Positions 1 to 13,096 of a stretch of 64,000 bases of DNA are shown here, piece by piece. Source of the DNA: Octopus sinensis. Taxonomy: Eukaryota. The notes beneath the pieces are model-generated. The model was not told the origin of the DNA and ran no database searches. It saw only the letters and a program-made list of their open reading frames with translations. The position numbers and the translations under genes were made by a program. Each line of letters starts with the position of its first letter. Position 1 is the first letter of the stretch. The stretch spans positions 122,202,001 to 122,266,000 of the forward strand of contig NC_043000.1 of NCBI RefSeq assembly GCF_006345805.1, read 5' to 3'.

Positions 1-760
1 TGGTTGAGAATGATTAGGCTTATATTATATATGTAGCAATGTATACTGTCTCTCAGCAACCAAGGATAAATCTTGACAATGTCTTCAGTGAAAGTCGAAA
101 CTAATCAATAATCTTTATTATGCATAGTTTCAGAAATACATTCTGTTCTTCAAAATAATTAAATGCACTTTTGAAAACTTGTATGGAAATGTTATCAGTT
201 TAACAACAACTGCGTTAGAAAGCTCTAACAATGTTTACCTGTCCTATAATTGCTACTTGCTCGAAGTTGATTATGTTTGTCATTATAAGTTTTCCTTGAA
301 TATCCCTAAACAATCTGATGCATATCGTTACAGTTTTTACCAATTACGAGTCATGTTCAACAGTTAGGCGGGTGTTGTCCTATAACAGTCTAATTCACTT
401 CTGCTCATTATAGGTATTCAACATTGATATATCCATAATCACTAAACAATTGTCCTTTTTGTCGTAGAAAATGAGGTCAAACTTATTATGTGTTCTCTGA
501 TGGACTGTTTATATGGTATAGTTTCATATTATTTTCGCATTGTTATTTTCTTAGACTAGATGGGTGGAGATTTATTTGTACGTAGCACTTATATATTTTT
601 TTTTTCTGGAAGGCGTTGAGTTCTAGGCGTGTGCAGAGAGGCTTTATTACGTTACTATACTTCCAATTATATTTTATTGGAAACATAGAAGGTTATCTTA
701 ATATTATGTTTACTTTTCATGTATATTATAATTATGACATAGCTTTAGATAGTTGAGATA

Positions 761-895
761 GCTAAATCGTTAACGCCTTGCGGTATTTTGTTACAGTTTT
801 TAGCGTTCTGAGTTCTGAGTTCAGTCCCGGCCGAGTTTCACGTTGTTTATGTTCTGAGACCGATAGAGTACTAGGATTAGATATAATCGACAGCC
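761..895 (+). mobile_element. Diverged family-B SINE remnant
   Basis: Degenerate match to family B (AATCGTTA..GCGGTATTT..GTTCTGAGTTC..ATAATCGAC). Confidence 0.4.
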
Positions 896-1092
896 ACCTA
901 CTTAACGCAATGTACAGCCATCGTTCCTACAATTAACATCATTAGTGGCCGAGAGGCAGCAATCATTATAACGCTTTAGAAAATTATCGTGGTAGTTATT
1001 TTACCTATTTATTCTAAATTGAATATCCCACAAAAGTAAAATTTACCAGTCATACTTCCGATTCAGAAAAATACCTTCCCCTGTTAGAAATA

Positions 1093-1128
<36 letters not shown>

Positions 1129-1213
1129 TAATTAAAGGAACGCATGACAAAACCAAGAAAAAGAACGGCGGACGGATAATTATAAATACTATAAGATTGT
1201 TGATTTAAGAATT

Positions 1214-1245
<32 letters not shown>

Positions 1246-1649
1246 ACACTACTACGCGACACCCCCTCAAAAAATATACAAGAATAAATTTATAATCTAA
1301 ATTCCCAACAAAATTAGAAAAACCCACATGTACCACAGAGGGCCGTTACTGACACAACCTGCGCTACGCAAACAACACACAAGTTTAAAAACTAACACAA
1401 CCGAAGACTTGGACAAAACTCCATTGATTCAATAGTGCGCCTAACATTCATGAAGAAATTTGATTTGGCTTTCTATCTTTGATCTTTTACACACCGAAAT
1501 ATGAATAGCATGACGCAGTAGTGTCATATTTTCTATGTCGTGCAAGAGTAAGCAACCACGTAGAGGTAACCTTAATTTCCAGATCCTTACATCTGGATAA
1601 TCTGGGCGTGCCTTTTGACGTCTGTTTAAATACGTGCATTGCTTAGGTT

Positions 1650-1860
1650 TAGTTTCGTTTCTTCGAAGTCATTGGCAATAATATGGGTCGATAGGTTTGA
1701 TCTATATGTCTGCCTGAATCTATATGTAGCAGTGCACAGTGCCTTTACCATTACAATTATCTTGGAAATTTTCTGGTTTATATCACCTACTTCATTTGAA
1801 ATTTCAATAATGCTGAGATAACTGACAATGTTAGAAATGCAGCAATGCTGTTCTTTCTTT
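1650..1860 (-). mobile_element. Possible RTE-like LINE relic (post-RT region)
   Basis: Minus-strand translation SYLSIIEISNEVGDINQKISK resembles the RTE motif YLGS.I...G..D.EI..RI.KA; heavily decayed. Confidence 0.3.
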
Positions 1861-2529
1861 GATGTACACTATAAATTCTGAGGCTAACAAAGAGACGGTG
1901 TAATTAATTGTTTCTTTCACATCAACGCCTAATGAGCAATTGTTTACTGTATTCTGTTTTATTACATGCCTTGGTTTCACTCAGATTTTAGCGTTACGAT
2001 TCTTATCCAGTTCGGCGTATTTTTGCTTGGCTATTTCAAATATTTTCAGTTTTGTTTTTCCAGATACTGGCGACAAAATGGCTATTCTTGACATTACTTG
2101 AACATAGCATTATGTTGTCACAATTCGAATTAAGATTCAGTTATTCACAATTGTTGTTATTCTTCGTTTCTCTTCAAAACGAATAGATTCAACACTATGT
2201 ATTGGTATTCTTGGCGAAAGAAACGTGGGGAGGAAGGGTCGTAGTTTTAGATAATAATTTTCGTTTTCCATTATTATTCACAAACGAACATGGTGGCGTG
2301 AAACGACAGACAAAATACTTAAAGGCATATTTCTTCATTTTTCTTGTTTCGTCTTATGTCATCTATGTCTGTTTTAAGTAATAATCATGTCTCTGAAATA
2401 TTTATTTTCATATTTTCTTTCATTTGTGTCTCATATATTGTAAGAAGTCCATTGAATGTTATATTTCTCAGTATATGTTCGATGAAAAATTATCCTTGCT
2501 TTCTTATCTAACACGATTTTAAAGATTTT

Positions 2530-2690
2530 AATCAATTCTCTTGAAGGTTGCTTTAGTGCATTTCCATAATCCGAATCACATTCCAATTCCAATGGCAAAT
2601 TTGTGTACTGTCTGCAGCTGTGTTTCTAATACCTAACCAGCAGTAGCATACAATTTAAATCCATTCGTATACAATGCTATATCAACCTAT
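2530..2690 (-). mobile_element. R4/Dong-clade LINE relic, RT catalytic region
   Basis: Minus translation YTNGFKLYATAG*VLETQLQTVHKFAIGIGM*FGLWKCTKATFKR matches the R4/Dong pattern YMDDLKLYA...V..FS.DIGM.FGL.KCA. Confidence 0.6.
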
Positions 2691-2788
2691 CAAATCATTT
2701 GGTCATTACTATTATGGTATATGTCAAAGCCATTACTACTATTGTTATTGTTCTTACTCCTACTGCTAATATTACTACCTCTACAACT

Positions 2789-3004
2789 AAGGTGGTGAGC
2801 TGACAGAATCTTTAGCACGCCCGGCAAAGATCTTAGCAGCATTTCGTCCGTCTTTATTCTCTGTGTTCAAATTCCGTGGAGTTCGAATTTTACTTCCATC
2901 CTTTCGGAAGTCGATAAATTAAGTACTAGTTATACACTGAATTCGATGTAATCAACTTACCCTGTCCCCAGAACATGCTGGCTCTGAGCCTAAATTTGAA
3001 ACCA
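2789..3004 (+). mobile_element. Family-B SINE
   Basis: GGTGAGCTGACAGAATC head, GTTCAAATTCC B-box-like motif, CATCCTTTCGGAAGTCGATAAATTAAGTAC central domain; homologous to copies at 21569 and 45218. Confidence 0.8.
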
Positions 3005-3823
3005 TTATTATTGTTATTTCGATGAAAACTCTTAGCTTATTTTGCTGGTTATGATGGAAAAAGTGTGCTGTCCACAACCAGCAGACTAAGGTGACACTTG
3101 TTTACTGATCATGCTTCAAGATGCTTGAGGAGAACAGTTGCAGTTCCAAGCAGTGCTGATTTTATACCAGCCACGTTTGTAGTTGGCCACTGACATTTCG
3201 AAGTGCTTCAATCACTATTGGTATCACGTCCTGCACCATCAAGTGCAGAGCAATCTTACCGAGGCGTCAGACACCTATTTATTTGGTGGGTACACGGTTA
3301 TATTTTATTTCACGAACGTTTTTTTTTTTTTTTTGCTTTCTTCTATACGCTACTTTGTGGCTACGTGTATTACGCTATTTTGTCTTTTGGTGTTTATGTT
3401 TTTTACTCTGAAGTTTGATTATTATTATTATACCTTTTAATCTAGGAGAGAGACTATGTCATGTACGTGTGCGATTCCGTCATATTATTACGTGTCAATT
3501 GTATAGATGACATATTAAGAGATGAAAGCTTTGTGTTAGGTGATATTAATTATGTAAAATTATGTTATGTATAATCTTATTGGTTGTTGATATTGTTCAG
3601 TATGTGTTCTGTGGAGATGCCACAGTGTTTGAAGGTGATTTTGTAAAGTGTTTTGTGAGTTACTTTATTGTGTAACATTATTGTGTTGCCGGAATGTACT
3701 ATTTTAGTTGTGCCATTGAATAAAAAGTTTCTTGGGTAGAATATGTGCTGTAACACATATGATTACTTGAATCTATGATATGTTTTGGGTCCACGTATAT
3801 GTTTTTATGTTTTATTTTTGTTC

Positions 3824-3981
3824 AGGAGTGGCTGTGTGGTACGTAGCTTGCTTACCAACCACATAGTTTTGGGTTCAGTCTCACTGCGTGGCACCTTGGG
3901 CACGTGTCTTCCACTACAGCCTCGGGTCGACCAAAGCCTTGTGAGTGGATTTGGTAGACGGAAACTGAAAGAAGCACGTCG

Positions 3982-4073
<92 letters not shown>

Positions 4074-4312
4074 GTATGTATGTGCGTGTGTATATGTTTG
4101 TGTTTCTGTGATTGTCCCCCACCAACATCGCTCGACAACCAATGCTGGTGTGTTTACATCCCCCTAACTTAGTGGTTCGGCAAAAGAGACTGATAGCATA
4201 AGTACTAGGCTCACACAGAATAAGTTCTGGGGTCGACGTGCTCGACTAAAGGCGGTACTCCAGCATGACCACAGTCAAATGACTGAAACAAGTAAAAGAG
4301 AGTAAAAGAGAG
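3824..4312 (+). mobile_element. Family-A SINE (tRNA-like head, CORE-like domain, internal (TA)n, (AGTAAAAG)n tail)
   Basis: AGGAGTGGCTGTGTGG A-box-like and GGTTCAGTC B-box-like motifs, GGCACCTTGGGCA CORE-like motif, ~120-bp internal TA run, tail repeats; many near-identical copies in the window. Confidence 0.9.
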
Positions 4313-4479
4313 TAATATTTTATTTTATATCATACATAGTTTCCAAATATTATTAGTCTTGCTCCCGCTCTCATCCTCCACATCCAGCTTATTTCGGTTT
4401 CAGATATTTGCATTTTGATCGACCCTCCACCACCCTTTCTGTGATATTTCGCTATGACGGGATTGACAAGTGCTGTGCG

Positions 4480-4860
4480 TGGTACATGTTTATATTACTT
4501 CCGATGTGTTTTACGTCGACTTGTCGGCAGATTGCCCAGACATAGCTGTCAACTTGATCGTGTTCGTTCATATCTTCTATTCAAAGTTGGCAACGTCTGA
4601 GCAGCTGGAAATGATGTGTTCCATTGTTTCATTATACTGATTGCATAGTCTGCACTTAATTTTAGCATATTTTTTTATTATATTGTTTTCGTAATTATTT
4701 ATGGCTAGGCCTTGATCATGTGCAACTAAAATCGGAGCTTCTGTTTCAGATATTAGCCCCGAGCTTTTTTTTCAGCTATTGTTCGCTTTAACTCGGTTTA
4801 TTTCCTCTCAATCGAATCTTGCAAGATTTTTTCTTTGCTTTAAATAGCCTATTTCGGAAT
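4480..4860 (-). mobile_element. R4/Dong-clade LINE relic (post-RT and CCHC zinc knuckle)
   Basis: Minus translation GLISETEAPILVAHDQGLAINNYENNII, then after a frameshift KCRLCNQYNETMEHIISSC. Confidence 0.8.
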
Positions 4861-5056
4861 CCTATTCAAAAATATCAGGGATTTTTTATTCTTTTTTGCT
4901 GTGTATTGCCAGTTTTTCTTTACCTAAACAATTTTCTTCAGTTTAATTAAGTTCTAGTTTGCATTGTAATGCTTCCGCATATACGAAATTTTTCATGAAA
5001 GTTTCATAACAATATTCTCTTTCAGCTTCCTGGCTTCTCAGTAATTATCTAATTCT

Positions 5057-5468
5057 ACTCTTGTTACTCTTTCACTCTTTTACTTGTTTCAGCCATTTGA
5101 CTGCGGCCATGCTGGAGCACCGTCCTTAATCGAGCAAATCGAACCCGGGACTTATTCTTTTTAAGCCTAGACCTTATTCTATCGGTCACTTTTGCCGAAC
5201 CGCTAAGTTACGAGAACATAAACACACCAGCATCGGTTGTCAAGCGATGTTAGGGGGGCAAACACACACACACACATATATATATACACATATACATATA
5301 TACGATGGGCTTCTTTTCAGTTTCCGTCTACCAAATCCACTCACAAGGCTTTGGTCGGCCCGAGGCTATAGTAGAAGACACTTGCCCAAGGTTCCACGCA
5401 GTGGGACTGAACCCGGAGCCATGTGGCTGGTAAGCAAGCTGCTTACCACACACCCACTGCTACGCCTA
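5057..5468 (-). mobile_element. Family-A SINE
   Basis: Full reverse-complement copy with a short internal (CA)/(TA) run. Confidence 0.9.
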
Positions 5469-5518
5469 TATTTTATCGTCGTATTAGACCCCCATCCTCT
5501 ATTTGTGTAAGACGGTTA

Positions 5519-5520
5519 TG

Positions 5521-5564
<44 letters not shown>

Positions 5565-5705
5565 CCTTTTTATTATAGACACAAGGCCTGAAATTTACAG
5601 GCAGGGGCTACGTCGATTACATCGATCCCCATTGCGCAACTGGTACATATTTAATCGACTCCGAAACGATGAAAGGCGTTATGGTAATAATAATAATAAT
5701 AATAA

Positions 5706-5736
<31 letters not shown>

Positions 5737-5860
5737 AAGAAGAAGAAGAAGAAGAAGAAGAAGAAGAAGAAGAAGAAAAGAAGAAGAAGAAGAAAAAGAG
5801 AAGAAGAGAGGAAGAAGAAGAATAAGAAAAAGAAGAAGAAGAAGAAGAAGAAGACCAAAG
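5519..5860. repeat. (AAT)n and (AAG)n microsatellite block, interrupted by a SINE fragment
   Basis: Direct reading of the trinucleotide runs; source of the poly-K/R/S/I ORFs. Confidence 0.95.
5565..5678 (-). mobile_element. Family-B SINE 3' part inside (AAT)n
   Basis: GTCGATTACATCGA..CAACTGGTAC..ATCGACTCCGAAACGATGAAAGGC is the reverse complement of the family-B core. Confidence 0.7.
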
Positions 5861-5866
5861 CAATAA

Positions 5867-6100
5867 TGCCTGTTTATTGATTGACATGAGCATTCTCTCT
5901 TACCGCAATATCACGGCAAAAGAATTTGATGAGCTCAGAAAATACAAACACTTGTTAATCGAAATCGAAAGAGAGTTACAACACCTGTGATTGTAGGAGC
6001 ACTTGGAATGATCCCTGCCTTACCATCCAAGTAGGAAGCTCAAAAGATTACCTTAAATAGTACATCACACATAGTGTGAAGAGCATTTTCGCTGTGAATT
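5867..6100 (+). mobile_element. R4/Dong-clade LINE 3' fragment (REL endonuclease C-terminus)
   Basis: LIDMSILSYRNITAKEFDELRKYKHLLIEIER..TPVIVGALGMIP; starts directly after the (AAT)/(AAG) run. Confidence 0.7.
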
Positions 6101-6204
6101 TTCTTTCTCTATTTTTAACCTTTTATACGAAGACAAAACAATTTACATGATGGCACTTCCAATCAGTTAAGATCAGAAGCCATGAGACCAACTGTCTGGT
6201 ACTG

Positions 6205-6404
6205 CATTATTATCATCATCATCATTATTATTATTATTATTACTATTGTTTTTGTTATTATTATTGTTATTGTTATTATTGTTATTATTATTATTAGTAT
6301 TATTTTTATTGTTATTATTGTTATTATTGTTATTATTGTTATTATTATTATTATTGTTATTATTATTGTTATTATTGTTATTGTTATTATTGTTATTATT
6401 ATTA

Positions 6405-6454
<50 letters not shown>

Positions 6455-6462
6455 GTTATTAT
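6205..6462. repeat. (ATT/GTT)n microsatellite
   Basis: About 250 bp of ATT/GTT triplets. Confidence 0.95.
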
Positions 6463-6615
6463 CTTAACCCAGGTTTTGTTGTAACTAATAGACTCGTGCA
6501 CGATTAGCAGGTTTACTAATACCATGCTATTTGATCTCTTCAATACTTTGCTAATAATTCTGCTAGTGCCAAGGAGGCAAACATTTTATAACAGCTCTAC
6601 GTGGTTCTGAACTGT

Positions 6616-6930
6616 TACTTATTTTACTGTTTTCGAACGATGAAATGCAAAATCGACTTCAGCGGGATTTAACCTCAGAACATAAAGCCGAAACAAATGC
6701 CGCTAGGCATTCTGTTGGGAGCTAATATTGGTTTTAAATTTTGTCACAAGGCCAGTCATTTCGAGAAAGGGAGTAAATCAGTTACATCGACTTCAGTTCT
6801 CAACTGATACTTATTTTATCGATCCTGAAAGGCTGAAAGACAAAGTCGACCTCGGACGAATTTAAACTCAGAACGTAAAAACGAACTAATTTCTGCTAAG
6901 CATTTTGCCTGACGTGCTAACGATTCTGCT
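6616..6930 (-). mobile_element. Two tandem family-B SINE copies
   Basis: GTCGACCTCGG..AACTCAGAAC..GCTA core appears twice (about 6616-6725 and 6729-6930). Confidence 0.7.
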
Positions 6931-8680
6931 TGGTGCCACTTTTAGATGCATGGTAAAATATCATTATCAGCAAAGCGACAGAATATTGGCTTCCTGCCTT
7001 TAGCTACATTGCTTCGGGAATTCAAATCTTACCCAGCTTTACTATAAAATGTAATTATTCCAATGTAGTTCTATCTGAACGCATATTCACTTGTCACAAA
7101 AGTGAACGCATGTGTATAAGTCAAGAATCATCATTATTCTATTAAGATTGTAGATAGCAAAGAAGATGAAAGTTATCAGTTGTCACTTTATGTTCTGCCT
7201 TGAAATCTCACAGTGCTTAATCATAAACTGTATTTTTATCTCTCAAGGTCGATAAAATAAGTATCTGTGATCGATTTTATCGACTGCAACGTTTCCTCAA
7301 AATTTATGTTCTTGTTCCAGTTTTAGAATTCATTATTATTACGTTATATTGAATCTGATGAAAAAAAAATACAGAATGGAAAAAACAGAGATCAAGTATG
7401 AAGGTAAAGCAATAGAAAATTAATCTGTGTCTAGTTTTAGTTTTAAATAGCTTCAGATGCCAGCTTCTATAATTGGTCTGAAACCACTGACCTGTTGTTG
7501 ACCATGTGTTATAAATAGATCTGGTTTTTCAACATTTTGATTGTGTTGCCTTTATTACTAACTTCGATTATTTTCTTCATACCTCTACCCTCTCCTTCAT
7601 AGTCGGTTATATTTATTCTCCACGGAAAAAGAAAAAGATAAAAGAAGAGTAATGAATATCTGGCAAACACTAAGTCTGTATGTGTTTTTTTTTTTCATCA
7701 TTTACAGTAAAGAAAAAAAATGATTAGATCTTATTTCTGCCACTAAATCCCTTCCAAAAGTCTTGCACGTCACAACCTGTCTCACTGCGGTTCAAGTGTC
7801 AATAAGAATGATTTCCCATTTCAGGACACCTGTTGAAAAAAGTTGTTTGAATAATTGCTTTTAAATGTTTGAATAATTAGTTCCGTTTATCACTCGATTT
7901 AATGTGCAACATTTACCGAGTTGAGCTACTCTTTACGTCTTAGATATTTTGACCATGAAAGCAAATATTTATACACGAAAATTATTCAATGTTTATATTT
8001 CCTAAACAACCAACGATATTTATATCAACAAACGCCACTTTAGTAATCTAATTCGTGTATCATATAATGGTTTTAGAATAGGTAAGTACCCTAGTTACGG
8101 TAATGATAATTGTAGCTGTTAATTGCTGAGTAGGCAAATTATAAATTGGCAGTTCAACTTCCATTCAAGCGTTTCATTGCGATTCTGATTGGACATTTTC
8201 ATCTCATACGTTTCAGTCACCAGGCTCTTAATACTCGGTACATAAATTCTTTGTGAAATTATATAGAGAGTGTTAAGTTCTTATTGATACGTAAAATTAA
8301 TTATAAAAGGATTTACAAATAATATTTTTACGAACAAGTGTGTTCAAGAAAATTAATCTATTCTACAGAATACCTTTTTTTTAATAAATGAGGACATTAT
8401 CTTATTAATAAAATTAAATGAACATAATAAAGAGTAATCTCTTCTTCGGAAATATACTACTTGTATAATGAAGCAAACAAAAAATAACAGTAGTAAATAT
8501 TAAAAGCAGCCTAATAAGAGTCTTTCTTTATCAGTAGATGGAACAGTATAAGGATTCTGTTACGTCAAAAATTTAAGTCTAATATTTCTCAATGTCTCTC
8601 ATGATGTTTTAAATAGTGATAAATCGTCAACTTCCAATTTTCAGCTCCGGATGTGAAGATGCAAAACTTGAGTGATAATA

Positions 8681-8734
<54 letters not shown>

Positions 8735-9470
8735 GATATACATACACACATTAATATTAGAAAATAACAGTGTACTTCTCTACTTAATAGTACCGAGTGT
8801 TTCTATATTTTTTGTTTAATTACATTCACTCTCGTGTGTTACTATTACTTTGCTGTTATTTCACAAATAATCGCACATACTTCCACAGCAAAAGTGTTTA
8901 ATTAATATATAATTTATGAAATCACAAAATGAAATAAAAGCAGAGAGGGTAAAGTATATTAGAAATTGTGGTTCTATTTGAATATGACATATCAGAAGTG
9001 ATTTTTGATATTTGCCTCAAAGGTAGCGCTGCTTGTGTTACTAAATAATGAAAGACGAAGCCATGTTGCATTTTGTGGGGCAATGAACTACGTAATCCAA
9101 AATGTCCTTATATAAAACAAAAGGATGAGCAGTAATGTAGAATATTCATCGTTTGCCCGATATGTCTAGAACACGACTACACATATTTCGTTGTTTCTGC
9201 TAATAAGAATATTAATCTACGTAACATACACACTATTCTTGTAATAAACGGAAATCAGAATATCGTCTTCTTCAAGCAAGCATTGTAACCCGTCTTTGTA
9301 GATCTACCGTCAGAATTAAGAAAAAAAAACAATTTGAAATTAGTTTGCTAATTCAACGTATGGCATTATGTTTACCTAACAGTATATGTGTAAGAAATAA
9401 TATTGGCATATTACTTCGTTTTTCTACTGTCACTGAGCCTTTAATAATGCGTGAGGGTCTAGTTATCTAG

Positions 9471-9675
9471 ATCGACACCAGTGCTTGAGTGGTGCTTATC
9501 TTATCGACCCAATTGCACGAGCGGTGTTTATTTTATCGACCCCAGTGCTCAAGTGGTACTTATTTTATCGAAAGGATAAAAGCGAAATTGAGCTCAGTGT
9601 TATTTGAAAGCAAAACGTAAAGAACCAGGGGGAAAGCTGCTAAGCTTGTTGTTCGCCGTGCTGATTCAGCTGGGT
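9471..9675 (-). mobile_element. Diverged family-B SINE with an internal 32-bp unit triplicated
   Basis: Units at 9471, 9503 and 9535 each start ATCGAC and are followed by ATCGA at 9567; the rest of the head follows. Confidence 0.6.
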
Positions 9676-9694
9676 CACAGTCTTTAGTATATTG

Positions 9695-9905
9695 TGTTCA
9701 AGCTTTGGCATAAGGCCAGCAAATTCGGAGCGGGGGGAATAAGTCGATTACATCGACCCCAGTACTCAACTGGTACTTCTTTTATCGACTCCGGAAGTAT
9801 GAAAATCAAAGCCGACCTAGGTGGAATTTGATTCAGAACGTAAAGACGGACGAAATGCTACAAAACACTTGGCCCAGTGGCTAACGATTTTGCCAGCTCA
9901 CCACC
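9695..9905 (-). mobile_element. Family-B SINE
   Basis: Reverse-complement copy ending GCCAGCTCACCACC. Confidence 0.8.
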
Positions 9906-9944
9906 GTACCCGCCTATAGTATCTTAATATCCTTACTAATATAG

Positions 9945-10453
9945 TTGTTGTTTAATCCATTTTGCGCTTTGTGGAACATAGGGCCGGTTTCCCGGTTTCC
10001 TTGGGATATAGGTTTCCCACCTGGACGGGACGCAAGTCCGTCGCAGGTGAACTGCAAGATGCAGGAGGAAAGAGTGAGAGAAAGTTGTGGAACTTAGGTG
10101 TTTTGCTCATAAACACACACATCGCCCGGTCTGAGATTCGAACCCGCGATCCCGCTGCTCTAACCACAAGGCCACGTGCCTCCACTAGTGTTATGTTAGT
10201 GTATATTAATTATATTTTCTTATGTTTTCTATTTTCTTTTTCATATATTTCCTCAAGCTTCATGGTTTTTGTTTTCATTGTTTTAACTGTATTATTTACT
10301 CATTGCTTATTTATTTTGCTGTTTGGGACTGCGATATTGGTCTTTCTATATTTGGTTTGCGCATAAATACACACATTACCCGGTCTGAGATTCGAACCCG
10401 CGATCGCTCGACGGCGAATCCGCTGCTTTAACCACTAGGCCGTATGCCTCCAA
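9945..10453 (-). mobile_element. Family-C tRNA-derived SINE, composite with a duplicated head, 12-bp TSD
   Basis: Two heads (10362-10452 and ~10110-10184) with minus-strand TGGCC..GTGGTTA A box and GGTTCGAATC B box; TTACTAATATAG at 9933-9944 and 10454-10465. Confidence 0.8.
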
Positions 10454-11132
10454 TTACTAATATAGACTCGGGAATTATTTACAAATATATTTTAGAAATA
10501 GAGTTTGGATATTTCTGACATAACATGATCAAAAATCTCCCACTCCACTCACCGAAAATCATAGGTAATACTTACATTGCAAAATGTGACATTGTACTTA
10601 TATCTAAAACGAAGCAAAGTGTATTTAATTCATTTAAATTCAGTTGTAATGATTTGTTATTTTTTTACCTTTAAAACCTGGAAATTTAGATTTCATGCCA
10701 ATACTGACAACACATAGACAAGAACTATGTAGATTAAGTAATATCACTCCTAATAATATATTCTATTCAATAAATTTGCACTAATTACATAGATAAGATA
10801 AAATAACTTTCAATAAGCTGTTTGTCATTTCGTATGTACATTCATTTACCTAGTTTTACATTCCATTCAAACTCATTCACCTGAAGTAAAAGTAACCATC
10901 CTACTGACTTTACTATAGATGAGTTATACACATGCTCTTACAACCAATAAATCGACTACAGTCCTTTAAATATGTATTAGCATTTGCTTTTCTTTCCAGT
11001 AATTTAGTGCTTTTATATAAGACATCAGATTGAAGGCCAGGGAGGTGTATCGTATTCAGATTAGTGTGGCTTTTGTTTTGTCTTCGTATATAATATGAAC
11101 GAAGGTCAAACACTTTTGATGGGCTTTCAAAA

Positions 11133-11393
11133 TACTCTTTTACTCTTTTACTTGTCTCAGTCATTTCACTGCAGCCATGCTGGACCACCGCATTTTGTCG
11201 ACTAAATCGCCCTCAGGGCTTATTCTTTGTAAGCCTAGTACTTATTCTATCGGACTCTTTTGCCGAACCACTAAGTTACGGGGACGTAAACACATCAGCA
11301 TCGGTTGTCAAGCGATGTTGGGGGGGGGGCAAACACAGATACACAAACATACACTCACACACACATTTATTTATATATTTGTATATATATATA

Positions 11394-11441
<48 letters not shown>

Positions 11442-11448
11442 CTATATC

Positions 11449-11482
<34 letters not shown>

Positions 11483-11643
11483 ATGCGACGGGCTTCTTTC
11501 AATTTCCGTCTACCAAATCCACTCACAAGGCTTTGGTCGGCCCGAGGCTATAGTAGAAGACACTTGGCCAAGGTGCCACGCAGTGGGACTGAACCCGGAA
11601 CCTTGAGGTTCGTAAGCAAGCTACTTACCACACAGCCACTCCT
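11133..11643 (-). mobile_element. Family-A SINE
   Basis: Full reverse-complement copy with a ~150-bp internal TA run; explains ORF 11177..11719. Confidence 0.9.
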
Positions 11644-11924
11644 GCTGAATTTATCCTTAACGATACGACACACACTCACTCATACACAAATGCACACACT
11701 CTCGCAAACACACGCATAAACACACATGTACACACTCACACACTTACGTGCATACATATATTGTCTATAGATATATTGGAGCGCTTGTATAACGTATATG
11801 CATGTGTGTGTGTGTGTCTTCGAATATTCTACCTGTAAAGTAACATAAGAGGTATTCTGAACGCATATTTGTGCAGTTTAATTATTGAATTTGTTAGAAA
11901 GGTGAAGATGTTAGTGTGCTTACG

Positions 11925-12163
11925 TTCCCGTAGCCTAGCAGTTCGTTTACGAGACCGATATAACAAGCACTATGCTTACAAAGAATAAGTCCTGTGCTCG
12001 CGTTGTTTGTCTAAAGACGATGCCCCAGCATGGCCGCAGTCAATTGACTCAAACGTGTAAAAGAATAATAGAATAAAAGTAATAGTGAGTTGATAGTCTT
12101 GGATTTATGAAAAGCGGAGTGCAGCTTGTAAATTACATGGTAACATTTTCTTTTTAATAATGC
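11925..12163 (+). mobile_element. Family-A SINE 3' half plus ~100 bp non-SINE flank (duplicate of 14174-14413)
   Basis: Shares diagnostic variants and downstream flank with 14174-14413; a truncated family-A head follows at about 12163-12222. Confidence 0.75.
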
Positions 12164-12595
12164 GTGGCTGTATGGTAAGAAGCTTGCTTACAACCACATG
12201 GTCCCGGGTTCATTCGCACTGTTTAAAATATGAAAGTATCAACTTTAAAGTGATAATCAAAGTCATTGAAATTCAAAGTTGAATTAATAGGAAGTGGATT
12301 TAAAATTTCTGTCCTTAAAAAGGAATCCCATTTCTTCAGGTCATAAAAAACACCTTAGCTAATTTCCTTCCGGATACAATAACTCCATATTATTTTATCG
12401 GCTATCTAGGATCGATGGCCAACACTCGCTTAGTTGCGCTTAACTTGACTTAATTGCTTAACTGAAAAGTCTCTATTAGTTTATCATCGATTCCTCTGTC
12501 CAATTTTATTTGATAATGAAGACAGAAACAACAAACACAGCTAGCATATCAAAACCTCTTATTTCATCTCATTCCCCTTGTGTCTTTTTATGCAG

Positions 12596-12707
12596 GTGTG
12601 TGAGTCCGTCTTTGTGGATCTGTGGCTTTTTACTGATTGGACAAAACAGTGATGACACGACAGTGTTCCGTATCTGTCGGAAACAATTGCGCACAGTTGC
12701 CAAACAA
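12596..12707 (+). other. Candidate internal exon (112 bp), product unknown
   Basis: Acceptor ATTCCCCTTGTGTCTTTTTATGCAG|G and donor CAA|GTAAGC; no TAA or TAG in any frame; one open frame CVSPSLWICGFLLIGQNSDDTTVFRICRKQLRTVAKQ. No homology recognised. Confidence 0.4.
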
Positions 12708-13096
12708 GTAAGCAAACTTCATCTATTGTGAAAAATGAATGAATGAAATAGGAACAACTCAACCAGAAGCAATCAAGAAAAGAAGAAATACTGTTTATAG
12801 TGTTGTTATGGAGACAGGTCTTATAAGGTTTCTGCAGCGTTATTCATGTATACGATCATTAGATTGAAATATCACGTGCTGAAAAGTATATGTCTGTATT
12901 GATACATAATATATGCTTCATCATGTGATTTTTTTCATTCATGCCGTAGCACTATGTTTATATACCTGCTATGACTTAGTTACGCACTCAGATTAACTTA
13001 GAAAAATCTTTATTTTTATGCTACTCTTGCTGCCTTCTGTTGTATGTAAGACATTTTGAATATATTACTACGAAATGTGTTTAATCCCAAAGTTAT

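Noticed and set aside
11177-11719. 180-aa ORF and similar recurring peptides (RLPNPLTRLWSARGYSRRHLP...) at 3.8, 5.2, 13.3, 35, 43, 52 and 60 kb
   Set aside because: The recurrence comes from the family-A SINE itself; frames and stops differ between copies.
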